Below, piece after piece: positions 9,453 through 21,291 of a stretch of DNA of 64,000 nt. This stretch comes from Candidatus Altimarinota bacterium. GTDB taxonomy: Bacteria > Patescibacteriota > Gracilibacteria > 1-14-2-50-48-13. The notes under the pieces were generated by a model, which was not told where the DNA came from, made no database searches, and saw nothing but the letters and a program-made list of their open reading frames with translations. The position numbers and the translations under genes were made by a program. The DNA lies in contig JBKBWQ010000001.1 of assembly GCA_046314355.1 (NCBI GenBank), positions 416,001 to 480,000 on the forward strand. Reading direction: 5' to 3'. The first letter of the stretch is position 1, and the number at the start of each line of letters is the position of its first letter.

Positions 9453-10763
9453 TTATAGTTTTGCGCTTTCTTCGTGGATCACTTCCCTATCACTCCACGG
9501 TTCTTTTTTGTCTCCTACCACTCTGCTTGTCTGGTCTCCCATGCCTGTAACAATAACTATATCTCCTTTCTTCGCCTCATTCATAGCAGAAAATATTGCC
9601 TTTCTGCGATCCTGGATCACATGATAGTTCTTCTGTCCCTTCCCCTTTGCTATGCTCTCAAGCATATACAGAATATCCAGAGGATCCTCTGAGTACGGCT
9701 CCTCATCCGTAAAAAATACCTCATCACAAAGTGTAGTGGCAATATCTCCCATTTGCCCTCGCTTTCCTTGATCCCTATCTCCGCACGCTCCAAGTACTGC
9801 TAGAATTTTTCCTCCCTTGCTGCTCTCACGCAGAGTTGTATAGCATTTCTTAAGTGCCTCGGGAGTAACTGCGTAATCTATAATAATAGTAAAATCCTTT
9901 TTAAGATCTATCACTTCCATTCTGCCGGGTACCGCAGTAAGCTGAGGAATATATGATACCGCTTCTTCTGCATTGATGCCTTCCGCCATAACTGCTCCAA
10001 GTGCTGCTGCAATATTATCAAGATTGAAGTTTCCAATAAGATTTGTACGTGTGTGATAAGTCTTATCTCCAATGATCAAATCAAAGCTCTGACCATCTGA
10101 TTCAATTTGGATATTTGTTATATTAATGACAATACTTGCCTTTGAGAGACATGCTGCCCCCTCACCATTCTGGGTAAAGAGAATTTTTTTATCCGTAGGA
10201 AGATCGAGAAGCTCTTTATTATAGCAATCCCGTGCATTAAGTACAAATGTGCGTTCATTAGTCTTATTCTTAGATACGAGCGTAAAGAGCTTCTTTTTTG
10301 CAGCAAAATACTCTTCCATTGTCCTATGATAATCCAAGTGCTCGCGGGAGAGATTTGTAAATACTGCGGTTTTAAATGGTATACCCCAAACCCTGGATTG
10401 CTCTAAAGCATGCGAAGATACCTCAAGTACCGCATGTGTTACTTGCGCGTCCTTCATCTTAGCTAGTAATTTCTGAAGACCAAATCTTCCGAGGGTAGTC
10501 TTATGCGTAGTATTTACAATAGCCTTATCCCCTATCTGAAATGCTACTGTGGATGCCATACCCACATTCTTTCCGGCAAGTCGTAAGAGCTGCATGGTTA
10601 GAAATGTTGTCGTAGTTTTACCATCGGTACCAGTAATACCAATAACATTCATTTCACGGGCAGGTAGTCTAAAGCGAAGAGCTGCAGCCACAGCAATACC
10701 CTTATGGTATATCTTTCTTAGCGGAAATTGATCAGGGATGATTTTTTTGAGGTGCTGAAGCAT
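9453..10763 (-). CDS. murE: UDP-N-acetylmuramoyl-tripeptide synthetase (Mur ligase)
   Basis: GITGTDGKTTT, LEVSSHAL, FTNLSREHLDYH, VPGRME, GACGDRDQGKR. Confidence 0.92.
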   Translation of the reverse strand: MLQHLKKIIPDQFPLRKIYHKGIAVAAALRFRLPAREMNVIGITGTDGKTTTTFLTMQLLRLAGKNVGMASTVAFQIGDKAIVNTTHKTTLGRFGLQKLLAKMKDAQVTHAVLEVSSHALEQSRVWGIPFKTAVFTNLSREHLDYHRTMEEYFAAKKKLFTLVSKNKTNERTFVLNARDCYNKELLDLPTDKKILFTQNGEGAACLSKASIVINITNIQIESDGQSFDLIIGDKTYHTRTNLIGNFNLDNIAAALGAVMAEGINAEEAVSYIPQLTAVPGRMEVIDLKKDFTIIIDYAVTPEALKKCYTTLRESSKGGKILAVLGACGDRDQGKRGQMGDIATTLCDEVFFTDEEPYSEDPLDILYMLESIAKGKGQKNYHVIQDRRKAIFSAMNEAKKGDIVIVTGMGDQTSRVVGDKKEPWSDREVIHEESAKL

Positions 10764-10798
10764 AAGATTGTGGCAATAGGAGGTTATTTTGACGTTTT

Positions 10799-10827
10799 TT
10801 GCAAATAAAGCACTTGTATGGTATACT
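10799..10827 (+). promoter_or_regulatory. Sigma70 promoter
   Basis: TTGCAA-17 nt-TATACT with extended -10 TG. Confidence 0.7.
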
Positions 10828-10833
10828 AATACT

Positions 10834-10926
10834 GGTGAATCGACCCTGACGCCGGAAATGAAATAAATACTTCTTTATTTCAGGGAAAATATCTGAATGT
10901 ACATAACTATTGTACTCATTTTTTTT
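10834..10926 (+). ncRNA. Candidate small structured RNA
   Basis: Follows the 10799 promoter; hairpins, possible pseudoknot, ends in a U8 tract. Confidence 0.35.
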
Positions 10927-11058
10927 GATATGAGTAGTGGACTTTGTAACATTCTCCTAATTATATCGTCAGATAAGATGTACAACTTTACTCTACGTCA
11001 ATTGCTCTCTTACGCATTTTTCTTATAATACATGTATATGATTTCTTTTTCCTTATGT

Positions 11059-12060
11059 ATGAGACGTATTCTTACTTCTGCTCTACTCATCACGATGCTC
11101 GCATCAGTACCGCTTACGGCTTTTGCTGCAAGTAAATTTCAGGATGTTCCTGAAGGCAGTCTCTATTATAAACCAATAGAATACTTTGCTTCCCTTGGTG
11201 TAGTCCAGGGATATCCGGATACTACTACTGGGCTTTCTTATTTTAAACCTGACAAAAACGTAAATAGAGCGGAGGCTATTAAAATAATCCTCGCAGGAGG
11301 AGTAAAACAATATACCTTTGCCACTTCCCTTTCAGAAAATGTATTTCCTGACGTGAAGCCACAAGAATGGTTTGCACCATATGTAAAAGCTGCAAAGGAT
11401 GAAGGTATAGTAAAAGGTAACGATAAAACTGGACTCTTTGAGCCAGGTCGGACTGTAAACAAAGCAGAACTTTTGAAGATGGTATTCCTAGCTAATGCAG
11501 TAGATATCACAAGCATACAGAAAGAAGTCTCAGGAACTGTATCAAATGATGTTTCAAAAAATGCATGGTACTATCCATACATGCTCTATGCAAAGGAGTT
11601 TGGTATTATCTTCCCTGATACTCTAGGAAATTTTAATCCAGGAAAGGAACTTACTCGAGGTGAAGTTATGGAGATAATGTATAACACAGCAAAGATTCTT
11701 AAAGGAGGATTTACGCAGCAGCTTCTCTCTCGTACAGAGGCAAAGATATTTTCTTCGATCACAAAGATTAATCTTCAAAATTATGATGAAGCATTAGCAG
11801 ATATAAACATTGCTAAGGAATATTCAGACCGTGCTCTTCTTGCTTCTCCTAGTGAGACAATCGTTCAGGAAGCCAATAAGATTACTGCCGCCTTTGCACT
11901 TTCTATTGAAGGATTTAAAATCTGGAAAAAAGATGGAAACCTTACACTTGCAAAGACTAAAGCACAGGAAGCAGCAAATCTTGTCGCAAATATAACTGAG
12001 CTCACTGAACTCAAGAAGTCACTGATGATATTGATAAACGCATTGAATAACGCCGTGTAA
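11059..12060 (+). CDS. S-layer homology (SLH) domain protein
   Basis: Signal peptide from MRRILTS; three SLH repeats (FQDV..FKPDKNVNRAEA; FPDV..FEPGRTVNKAEL; NDV..FNPGKELTRGEV). Confidence 0.88.
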   Translation: MRRILTSALLITMLASVPLTAFAASKFQDVPEGSLYYKPIEYFASLGVVQGYPDTTTGLSYFKPDKNVNRAEAIKIILAGGVKQYTFATSLSENVFPDVKPQEWFAPYVKAAKDEGIVKGNDKTGLFEPGRTVNKAELLKMVFLANAVDITSIQKEVSGTVSNDVSKNAWYYPYMLYAKEFGIIFPDTLGNFNPGKELTRGEVMEIMYNTAKILKGGFTQQLLSRTEAKIFSSITKINLQNYDEALADINIAKEYSDRALLASPSETIVQEANKITAAFALSIEGFKIWKKDGNLTLAKTKAQEAANLVANITELTELKKSLMILINALNNAV

Positions 12061-12075
12061 ACAAATCACTTAAGC

Positions 12076-12132
12076 AAATAGAGCTGTCGCAGTTAGACTC
12101 AATAATGGGTTTTCACTGCTGCAGCTCTATTT
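12076..12132. terminator. Long hairpin between convergent genes
   Basis: aaatagagctg..gcagt / actgc..cagctctattt. Confidence 0.65.
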
Positions 12133-12151
12133 ATATTCGTCTCATTCTTTC

Positions 12152-14581
12152 TTACTTTCCATTGTATTGCAGAACAAGATATCCTACTGCACTATGAAAC
12201 TGAGTCATAGCTGAGAGCTTTACTGTGATCGTAATACGGTCACCAGGGGCAAAGACTGGAGCCCCAGCGAATGATAGGTTTGAAGTAACCCATGTATCCG
12301 CAGTGCCGCTTGTAAATGTCGATGGCGTGAGAAGGATAGGCATATTAGCACTATCCGCGAGAGCAATATCTATTTTATTATCAGTAGAATTAGCAGTTTC
12401 TGTTTTATATTCAAGCGTAAATGGTGTTGCCTGGAAAGATACAAAGTCTTGAGGTAACTCAACCTGAAGCTGCAGATCGATATCATTTAATGTACTTTGA
12501 GTTGTAGTCCATTCATAGTAATTTTTTCCATTAACTGTATCTCTTTCAGCATTAAGAGCTCCTTTATTTGCTGTACCATCTTTTGTCACAACTACGCCTG
12601 GGTACTCAGGAGAGAAAGCCATACTCTTTGTACGTGCACTGAGTGCTGAGTACGGAATGTTTGTAATCGTATTTAGAGATCCATCTATCGCTTTATTTAC
12701 GAGAGCCTGCGGAGAAGACACATCAAAGAGCGCACTGAAGATTCCTCCAGCATTGCTCACTTCCCATCTCCCTGCCGCCGCATTATACTTAAGTGTACCA
12801 TCAGGTGAAGTACCTTGATTGGCAATAATATTCACATCATTTGGTGTGCCTGTATTCTGTCCATCAAGCGTAAGGTTTGTACCGCCAATATTCACGTTAT
12901 TTGTGGTATTAAGCTCACCATTTACTTTTAAACTTGATCCAAGATCAAACATATTACTCACGCTATCCCACTTAAGGGATTGGTTTACTGGGGTTCCAAA
13001 ATGAAGAATAATATCCCCGGCAGTATTGTCCTGATTAATAGTAAAATCAGAATCATTTGTACCATTGCCCGTGCCATTATTTACTACCGTAGTAGTCCCG
13101 CCTCCGCTAGTACCTGGAGTAATGTTCACGTATGACGTATTACTGCCTCCCATTTTTTGCCATAGAGTTCCATCGTAAAAGTATGCCATACTCTCACGGG
13201 TATTAAAATACTGCTGACCTTTTACTGGATTTTGAGGCGGTGTATCCTTATTTTCAAGTACCGCATTGATGAGCTGCTTTTGTCCAAAATCTACATTTTT
13301 ATTAAAAGAGAAAAGGCTGTTTGCTGAATTATAAGAAAGACTTCCGAGATCATTACCACCGCCAAATTGAAGGGACCACTTACTCTTTTCAAGATCCCCG
13401 AGTCCTATCGTAAAGGTCGGATTTGCAGTTCCTGAGAGATATCCGTCCCATGTAGCAATCTCATTAAAAATGAGTCCATCACTGCTCACTTCCCATTTCT
13501 TTGTCATTCCATTAAAACGCAGGATAGCATTTTTATCTGATCCTTGATTTGCAACAAGGTCGATCATAGCATTTGGATCTGTGTTCCCTACCCCTATCTC
13601 AAAGGATGTAGAACCAGTACCAGAAGGCATTTTAGAAATCAGTACCTCATCTCCAAATGCGTAAGCCGCTGAAGCATGTCCACTTTCATTCTGAATTTTT
13701 CCATCCTGAATGAAATATCTATCTCCTCCGCTTCTCGGTCTAATAAGCTCAAATCCTTGAGTCAGATCATCAACATTCCGGAGTTCAACCTGTAGATAAA
13801 CATCGTCAGCAGTATAGAGACTGCCTACAGAAGCAATCTTACCAATCTCCACACTAAATTCTCCTTTCTCGTTTGGATGCAGTACCTGTAAGGATTCCGC
13901 TGCTACGTATGAATTACTAATTTGTCTTATACTTCCATCACCGAGCCTATCTCCAATCTTATCAAAAGTAGGTGAATTCCAAAGTGAAGTACGCAGTGTA
14001 AATATACCCGGAAGAGGTTTTCCTGCTTTATCTAAAAGTACACCATCAAGAGTTTCATAATGATCTTTAAATACATTTGTAAGTCTAGAGGTTTCCATAT
14101 TGATTCTTTGTACACCATCCCGTTTAGCATCAAGGTCATAAAGTACATAAGCAGATTCTTCCTCAGACTGACGTTTATACTCTACTTGGACAAAGACATT
14201 TTTCATATCTGCTGGGATCACCCAAGGCGTAAATCTACCGAGAAAAAAGGTACCATTACCTGCATTATCCGCAGTAATATTCTGCTGTTCAACAAAATCT
14301 GCAAACTGGTTATTTTCAAAAAGGAGTCTACCTTGATCCACATCTGATTGAGCAACGGTTTCATTTTTCCAGAAGCTTACTCTCACATGAAGTGATCCAG
14401 AAAGCGGCTGCTTGAGACTATTTGTGAAACGCAGTGAAAGAGGAATCGTAGGAATATCACTCAGGACTTTAGCTTGAGTGAATGGAATCATACCTATAAC
14501 AAACATAGCAAGAATACACACAGATTGTATCCTGCGTAGCATTTTGTTTGTATACAAGTATTGAAGGGTCATGTTTAACAA
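12152..14581 (-). CDS. Large secreted beta-rich surface/fibre-like protein
   Basis: Signal peptide; internal duplications; PPQNPVKGQQYFNT..YFYDGTLW motif of the type seen in fibre proteins; true start may be downstream at MLRRIQ. Confidence 0.7.
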   Translation of the reverse strand: MLNMTLQYLYTNKMLRRIQSVCILAMFVIGMIPFTQAKVLSDIPTIPLSLRFTNSLKQPLSGSLHVRVSFWKNETVAQSDVDQGRLLFENNQFADFVEQQNITADNAGNGTFFLGRFTPWVIPADMKNVFVQVEYKRQSEEESAYVLYDLDAKRDGVQRINMETSRLTNVFKDHYETLDGVLLDKAGKPLPGIFTLRTSLWNSPTFDKIGDRLGDGSIRQISNSYVAAESLQVLHPNEKGEFSVEIGKIASVGSLYTADDVYLQVELRNVDDLTQGFELIRPRSGGDRYFIQDGKIQNESGHASAAYAFGDEVLISKMPSGTGSTSFEIGVGNTDPNAMIDLVANQGSDKNAILRFNGMTKKWEVSSDGLIFNEIATWDGYLSGTANPTFTIGLGDLEKSKWSLQFGGGNDLGSLSYNSANSLFSFNKNVDFGQKQLINAVLENKDTPPQNPVKGQQYFNTRESMAYFYDGTLWQKMGGSNTSYVNITPGTSGGGTTTVVNNGTGNGTNDSDFTINQDNTAGDIILHFGTPVNQSLKWDSVSNMFDLGSSLKVNGELNTTNNVNIGGTNLTLDGQNTGTPNDVNIIANQGTSPDGTLKYNAAAGRWEVSNAGGIFSALFDVSSPQALVNKAIDGSLNTITNIPYSALSARTKSMAFSPEYPGVVVTKDGTANKGALNAERDTVNGKNYYEWTTTQSTLNDIDLQLQVELPQDFVSFQATPFTLEYKTETANSTDNKIDIALADSANMPILLTPSTFTSGTADTWVTSNLSFAGAPVFAPGDRITITVKLSAMTQFHSAVGYLVLQYNGK

Positions 14582-15144
14582 TTGCGTTTAAGTGGTGCTG
14601 CGATACACCCAAGCCCAAAGGCAAAGAGTAAAAGTAAGGCAAAAGAAAGATACTGTACAAACGTGATAATCTGAGGATTTACTTCTGATGCGCTTGCATG
14701 TGTTAGCATAACTTCACCTTCAGCGATCTGATGAATAGTAGATCGTATTGTAGAGATAATAGGTATATTCTGTAAGACTGCAATGGATATCTCAATTCCC
14801 GAATCAATCGCTTCAGAAGCAGCTTTTCCGCTAGGCGCTGAAGCGTGTACCGGCTCCGCACTCACAGCCTTTACTGATACAGGAATCTTTTTCTTCGGCA
14901 GAATTTTCTTTTGTATTGGACTCTGTACAGGTGATGTTGTAGTTGGAGATACCTGAGTTGTTACAGGGGTTTGTATCACTGTTTTTGGTATGACAGGAGC
15001 CGAGACGGGAGCCTGTGTGTCTCCGGTGATCTGATACGAGGAACTTGAACCTTCTATACTTAAAGCGGATGTGTCCGTAATACTCAGATTTAGCAAGATT
15101 AGAAAACTTATACTAATCCTGCTTATTGTCGTCGCTATAGTCAT
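14575..15144 (-). CDS. Membrane-anchored hypothetical protein
   Basis: Signal peptide, P/T/S-rich linker, C-terminal TM. Confidence 0.65.
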   Translation of the reverse strand: MTIATTISRISISFLILLNLSITDTSALSIEGSSSSYQITGDTQAPVSAPVIPKTVIQTPVTTQVSPTTTSPVQSPIQKKILPKKKIPVSVKAVSAEPVHASAPSGKAASEAIDSGIEISIAVLQNIPIISTIRSTIHQIAEGEVMLTHASASEVNPQIITFVQYLSFALLLLFAFGLGCIAAPLKRNC

Positions 15145-15228
15145 TTGTATATGTATTTTTTATTTACATTATACTATACCATAATTTCGCTATTTTTCAA
15201 AGTATCAAATACACTTTCTTTGGAGATT

Positions 15229-17346
<2,118 letters not shown>

Positions 17347-17415
17347 CTATATTAGCGAGAAGTGTGTTTTAAAGAAAGGGATCTAGAGAAAATAAGATTT
17401 TTATTTCTCAACTTC

Positions 17416-19116
17416 TTATGCTCCAGCTACTCTCATCACCTCTTCAAGTGTAGTCATTCCCTGCATTACCTTCAGAAGTCCATCCTGTTTCATAGTTATC
17501 ATACCTTCTTCCTTAGTCTTTTCTAAAATCTGCTTTGTAGATGCCTCAGTAAGGATCAAGTCACGAATAGCATCAGACATATTGAGTACTTCTATAATTG
17601 CAATCTGACCTACATAGCCGGTACCGGTACATAATGTACAGCCTTCAGGATGATATATAGAAGTTGGTACATCGATCTTGAAATCCTTATATACTTTTCT
17701 AATATCATCTATCACTTTCTGAAATATCTCTTCCTCCTCCTGATTCACAGCAAGTGCTTTTCTACAATGTGGGCAAAGCATACGTACAAGTCTTTGAGCT
17801 ACAATTGCATTGAGCGAAGGAGCTAGCAAAAATGGCTTTACTCCCATATTCAAAAGTCTTGGGATAGTTTCCACTGCTGAATTCGTATGCACAGTGGAGA
17901 GCATGACATGTCCTGTAAGTGCCGCCTGTACTGCCGTCTCTGCAGTCTCAAGATCACGTATTTCTCCCACCATGATCACATCCGGATCCTGACGCAGTAT
18001 AGAGCGTAGACCTGAACCAAATGTGTATCCTTCATCCTCATGTATCTGACTTTGAGAAATATTTGGAAGATGGTATTCCACTGGATCTTCGAGGGTGATT
18101 ACCTTAATCTTTGGAGTACTTATTGTGTTCAAGATTGAGTACAATGTCGTAGTCTTACCAGAACCAGTAGGACCTGTAACGAGGATCATTCCATTTCTGG
18201 CACCAATCGCAAGTTCAAGATGATGATGTGTAATTCCGATAAATCCGAGATCTTTGAAAGGAACAATTCCTTTTTTTGCATCAAGGAGTCGAAGCACCAC
18301 AGTCTCTCCAAACTCTGTAGGAAGTGTCGACATACGTATATCAATCTCTCTATCTGAGAGCTGAAATGCGAACTTTCCATCTTGAGGCACTAATATCACA
18401 TTCATCTTCAGTGCAGATCTGAACTTCATTCTTATTAAGATCTTTCCATATACTGAGATGGGAAATGTAAATATTGTATGCAGTACACCATCGATTCGGA
18501 ATCTCATAGAAACTTCCTTTGATTCAGGCTGCATATGAATATCAGACGCCCCCATCTTTAGTGCTCCAAAGATGATACCGTCGACCGCATCCTCATCCGA
18601 GATATACTCAAATTTGTCCTTCAGCGCTACAAGATCTGCAAGTTCTTTCTCATATTGTTTTAGTGCTTCATCATCATACGCATAGGTCCGTATCTCCTTT
18701 TCTACGATCTTATGAAGATTATAAAGAGAAAGTCCCTGAGCAAGACTCTCCTCAGAGATAAGTACAGGACTGACATGAAGTCCTCTTGCTGTAAGTACGC
18801 TGTAGAGATCCTTATATTCCTGTGATTCAATCGATGGACTTGCAAGTTTGACTTCTTTACCGATCAGGAAAAATGGTACTGCCCGTGCAAGCTCTGCTTC
18901 CTTTGGAGAAATAATTCTCAAGGCATCAGGATTAATAGGTACCATCAAAAGATTGATGTACCCCACTCCCATCTGTTTCGCACGTTCCGAGATCTCTTTT
19001 TCTTTAAAACCAAGATTGATGGAATCAAGACGTGACTGAATAGTCCCCTGTCCTATTCTGGAGATAGCACCGTCACTAGATCCGTGATCAAATTGTGTAT
19101 CGATTGGCTTTGCCAT
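17416..19116 (-). CDS. pilB: Type IV pilus assembly ATPase (PilB/GspE family)
   Basis: ASDIH, GPTGSGKTT, TLEDPVE, LRQDPDVIMVGEIRD, TGH, tetra-Cys motif. Confidence 0.92.
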   Translation of the reverse strand: MAKPIDTQFDHGSSDGAISRIGQGTIQSRLDSINLGFKEKEISERAKQMGVGYINLLMVPINPDALRIISPKEAELARAVPFFLIGKEVKLASPSIESQEYKDLYSVLTARGLHVSPVLISEESLAQGLSLYNLHKIVEKEIRTYAYDDEALKQYEKELADLVALKDKFEYISDEDAVDGIIFGALKMGASDIHMQPESKEVSMRFRIDGVLHTIFTFPISVYGKILIRMKFRSALKMNVILVPQDGKFAFQLSDREIDIRMSTLPTEFGETVVLRLLDAKKGIVPFKDLGFIGITHHHLELAIGARNGMILVTGPTGSGKTTTLYSILNTISTPKIKVITLEDPVEYHLPNISQSQIHEDEGYTFGSGLRSILRQDPDVIMVGEIRDLETAETAVQAALTGHVMLSTVHTNSAVETIPRLLNMGVKPFLLAPSLNAIVAQRLVRMLCPHCRKALAVNQEEEEIFQKVIDDIRKVYKDFKIDVPTSIYHPEGCTLCTGTGYVGQIAIIEVLNMSDAIRDLILTEASTKQILEKTKEEGMITMKQDGLLKVMQGMTTLEEVMRVAGA

Positions 19117-19169
19117 GAAACGTAAGAGAAAAATATCTCTTTAGTATACCATACCTACCCTAGAATAAC

Positions 19170-19200
19170 AAAAAAGACCCACGTATTAGGTGGATCTTTT
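19170..19200 (-). terminator. rpsU terminator
   Basis: aaaaaagacccac..gtggatctttt. Confidence 0.7.
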
Positions 19201-19209
19201 CGAAGGGAT

Positions 19210-19419
19210 TTATGCCTTGAACTCTTCTTTCTTTCTAAGTGCTCGATAGTACTCTCGCATAAGAGCTTTTCCTCGCGTCTTTGCTTTCGTAAGAGGCTTC
19301 TCGAATCTCTGATGACGTTTCATATCCATGATATATCGCGCTCCTCGTACCATTTTCTTAAATCTCTGCAAAAGATGATCGTTTGTTTCTCCCTGATTTT
19401 TTCTACAAATTACTGCCAT
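19210..19419 (-). CDS. rpsU: 30S ribosomal protein bS21
   Basis: RKNQGETNDHLLQRFKK..RFEKPLTK; ATG 19419 follows a strong SD. Confidence 0.85.
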   Translation of the reverse strand: MAVICRKNQGETNDHLLQRFKKMVRGARYIMDMKRHQRFEKPLTKAKTRGKALMREYYRALRKKEEFKA

Positions 19420-19423
19420 ATTT

Positions 19424-19435
19424 TCACCTCCTTTC
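19424..19435 (-). promoter_or_regulatory. Extended Shine-Dalgarno GAAAGGAGGTGA of rpsU
   Basis: 12-nt complement of the canonical 16S 3' end UCACCUCCUUUC. Confidence 0.85.
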
Positions 19436-19509
19436 ATGAAATTAGAGATCTAAAGTAGGCTTAGTGTATGGGAAAGAGGACTCTTCGTCAAGAAATTAGT
19501 ATACTTCTT

Positions 19510-20067
19510 CTATGAAAATAAAAGATCTTTCAATGTTCGCCTCTTTTCTTCATTATAGTAAGCAAGCTGAAGTTCTGTTTTAATGTCACTTCCCCTAAAA
19601 TCACTTCTACAGCCAATTTCTAGAAATTCATCAAAACTCACAAGTTTTGTCTCAATCTTCTCACCTGGATCTGGATGAAGTATCCCCGTATTAATACAGT
19701 TTTTTGCAATATAGCAGCTGACAATAAAACGAACACTCATATTCGGCATATGCGAAAAGTGCATACTCCAATCATCAGATTTATATCCCGTTTCTTCAAT
19801 AAATTCTCTCTTTGCCGCTACTAGATGATCTTCTCCTTCATCTACTCTTCCTCCAGGCAATGCGTAAAACCAATCTCTATGAGGCTGCTTCTGGTGCGTC
19901 ACAAGGATTTTATCTCCGACTACAGGTATAATAGTTACTGTATCAGGACGTACAATACATTCAAATATTTCTGTTGAGCCGTCAAACATTTTCTGTTCCC
20001 ACTGATACACGGAGAAGATAGTTCCTTGGAAAACTTTTTTTGCATTTTCAGGAATATTGTGAATCAT
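19510..20067 (-). CDS. NUDIX hydrolase (ADP-ribose pyrophosphatase-like)
   Basis: LPGGRVDEGEDHLVAAKREFIEETGY Nudix box. Confidence 0.9.
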   Translation of the reverse strand: MIHNIPENAKKVFQGTIFSVYQWEQKMFDGSTEIFECIVRPDTVTIIPVVGDKILVTHQKQPHRDWFYALPGGRVDEGEDHLVAAKREFIEETGYKSDDWSMHFSHMPNMSVRFIVSCYIAKNCINTGILHPDPGEKIETKLVSFDEFLEIGCRSDFRGSDIKTELQLAYYNEEKRRTLKDLLFS

Positions 20068-20109
20068 TTTATCGATAAAAAAGAAATATAGTCATCCTCC
20101 TTTACAATA

Positions 20110-21105
20110 TTATCTCAAAAACCCAACCTTCTGATACACATCAGCAAGCATAACTCCTGCTCTCAATTCAGCCTCTTTTCTCCCCTCCTCTAGGACATGC
20201 ATAACAAAACTTCTATCCTCCTGAAGCTTCATATATTTCTGCTGAATCGGCTCAATAGTTTCTACCACGAACTCAGCAAGATCAGACTTGAAATCTCCAT
20301 ATCCTTTCCCTTCATAAAGCTGCTCGATTTCATCAAATGATTTACCTGAAAGAATATTGTAGATAGTCATAAGATTTGCTACCCCCGCTCTGGACTTATC
20401 ATATTTAATAGTTCCCTCTGAATCTGTCACAGCACTCTTTACTTTTTTTCGCAGAACATCAGGGATATCAAACATTAGAAGTGAATCCTTAGGATTAGTC
20501 TCAGATTTTGACATTTTAGACTGTGGATTTTGAAGTCCCTTGATTCTGGCTCCCTGTTCTTCGATATGTGGTTCCGGTATGATGAATGTCTCTCCATAAA
20601 CCTTATTGAATCTCTCAGCTATATCACGTGCGATCTCAATATGCTGCTTCTGATCATCACCCACTGGCACTACATTCGACCGATAAAGAAGAATGTCTGC
20701 TGCCATCAAAATAGGATACGTAAAAAGTCCCACATTGATATTTTCAGGATTTTTTAAAGACTTGTCCTTGAACTGAGTCATACGATTCATCTCACCCATA
20801 TAGGTAAAACAGCTAAGCACCCATGCCAGTTCTGCATGTGCAGAGACCTGAGACTGAACAAATATTTTATTCTTGGTAATATCAAGACCACAGGCTATAT
20901 AAAAAGCTGCTAGATTAAAAGTCCTCTCCTTTAATTGCTTTGGATCCTGCCTTGCAGTGATACTATGAAGATCAGGAATAAAGAATAAGCAGTCAAACTC
21001 TTCCTGCATCAGTGCCCAGTTACGCACAGCTCCTATATAATTCCCTATCGTAAAATCTCCGGAGGGTTTTACTCCGCTGAGCATAACTGGCTTTGACTGT
21101 GACAT
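20110..21105 (-). CDS. trpS: Tryptophan--tRNA ligase
   Basis: SGVKPSG..TIGNYIGA, YPILMAADIL, VPVGDDQKQH, KMSKS. Confidence 0.97.
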   Translation of the reverse strand: MSQSKPVMLSGVKPSGDFTIGNYIGAVRNWALMQEEFDCLFFIPDLHSITARQDPKQLKERTFNLAAFYIACGLDITKNKIFVQSQVSAHAELAWVLSCFTYMGEMNRMTQFKDKSLKNPENINVGLFTYPILMAADILLYRSNVVPVGDDQKQHIEIARDIAERFNKVYGETFIIPEPHIEEQGARIKGLQNPQSKMSKSETNPKDSLLMFDIPDVLRKKVKSAVTDSEGTIKYDKSRAGVANLMTIYNILSGKSFDEIEQLYEGKGYGDFKSDLAEFVVETIEPIQQKYMKLQEDRSFVMHVLEEGRKEAELRAGVMLADVYQKVGFLR

Positions 21106-21162
21106 ACCTTGGTAATTAGTTAATATGTACAATGAATATAGTGAGTTTTATTGATGAAGGCA

Positions 21163-21291
21163 AAGTAATTCAATAATTCAGTAATTGAGTAATTATGTAA
21201 GAAAGTAAGAAAGGATGACTCAGGAGAATTTCTATGCTTATCTCCTTGAGCCTTCCTTCAATTACTGAATTACTCTCTTACTCAATTACTT
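21163..21291. repeat. Octamer-period palindromic element (family B)
   Basis: aagtaatt/caataatt/cagtaatt/gagtaatt/atgtaaga/aagtaaga ... caattact/gaattact/ctcttact/caattact around an inner ctcaggaga/tctccttgag stem. Confidence 0.85.
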
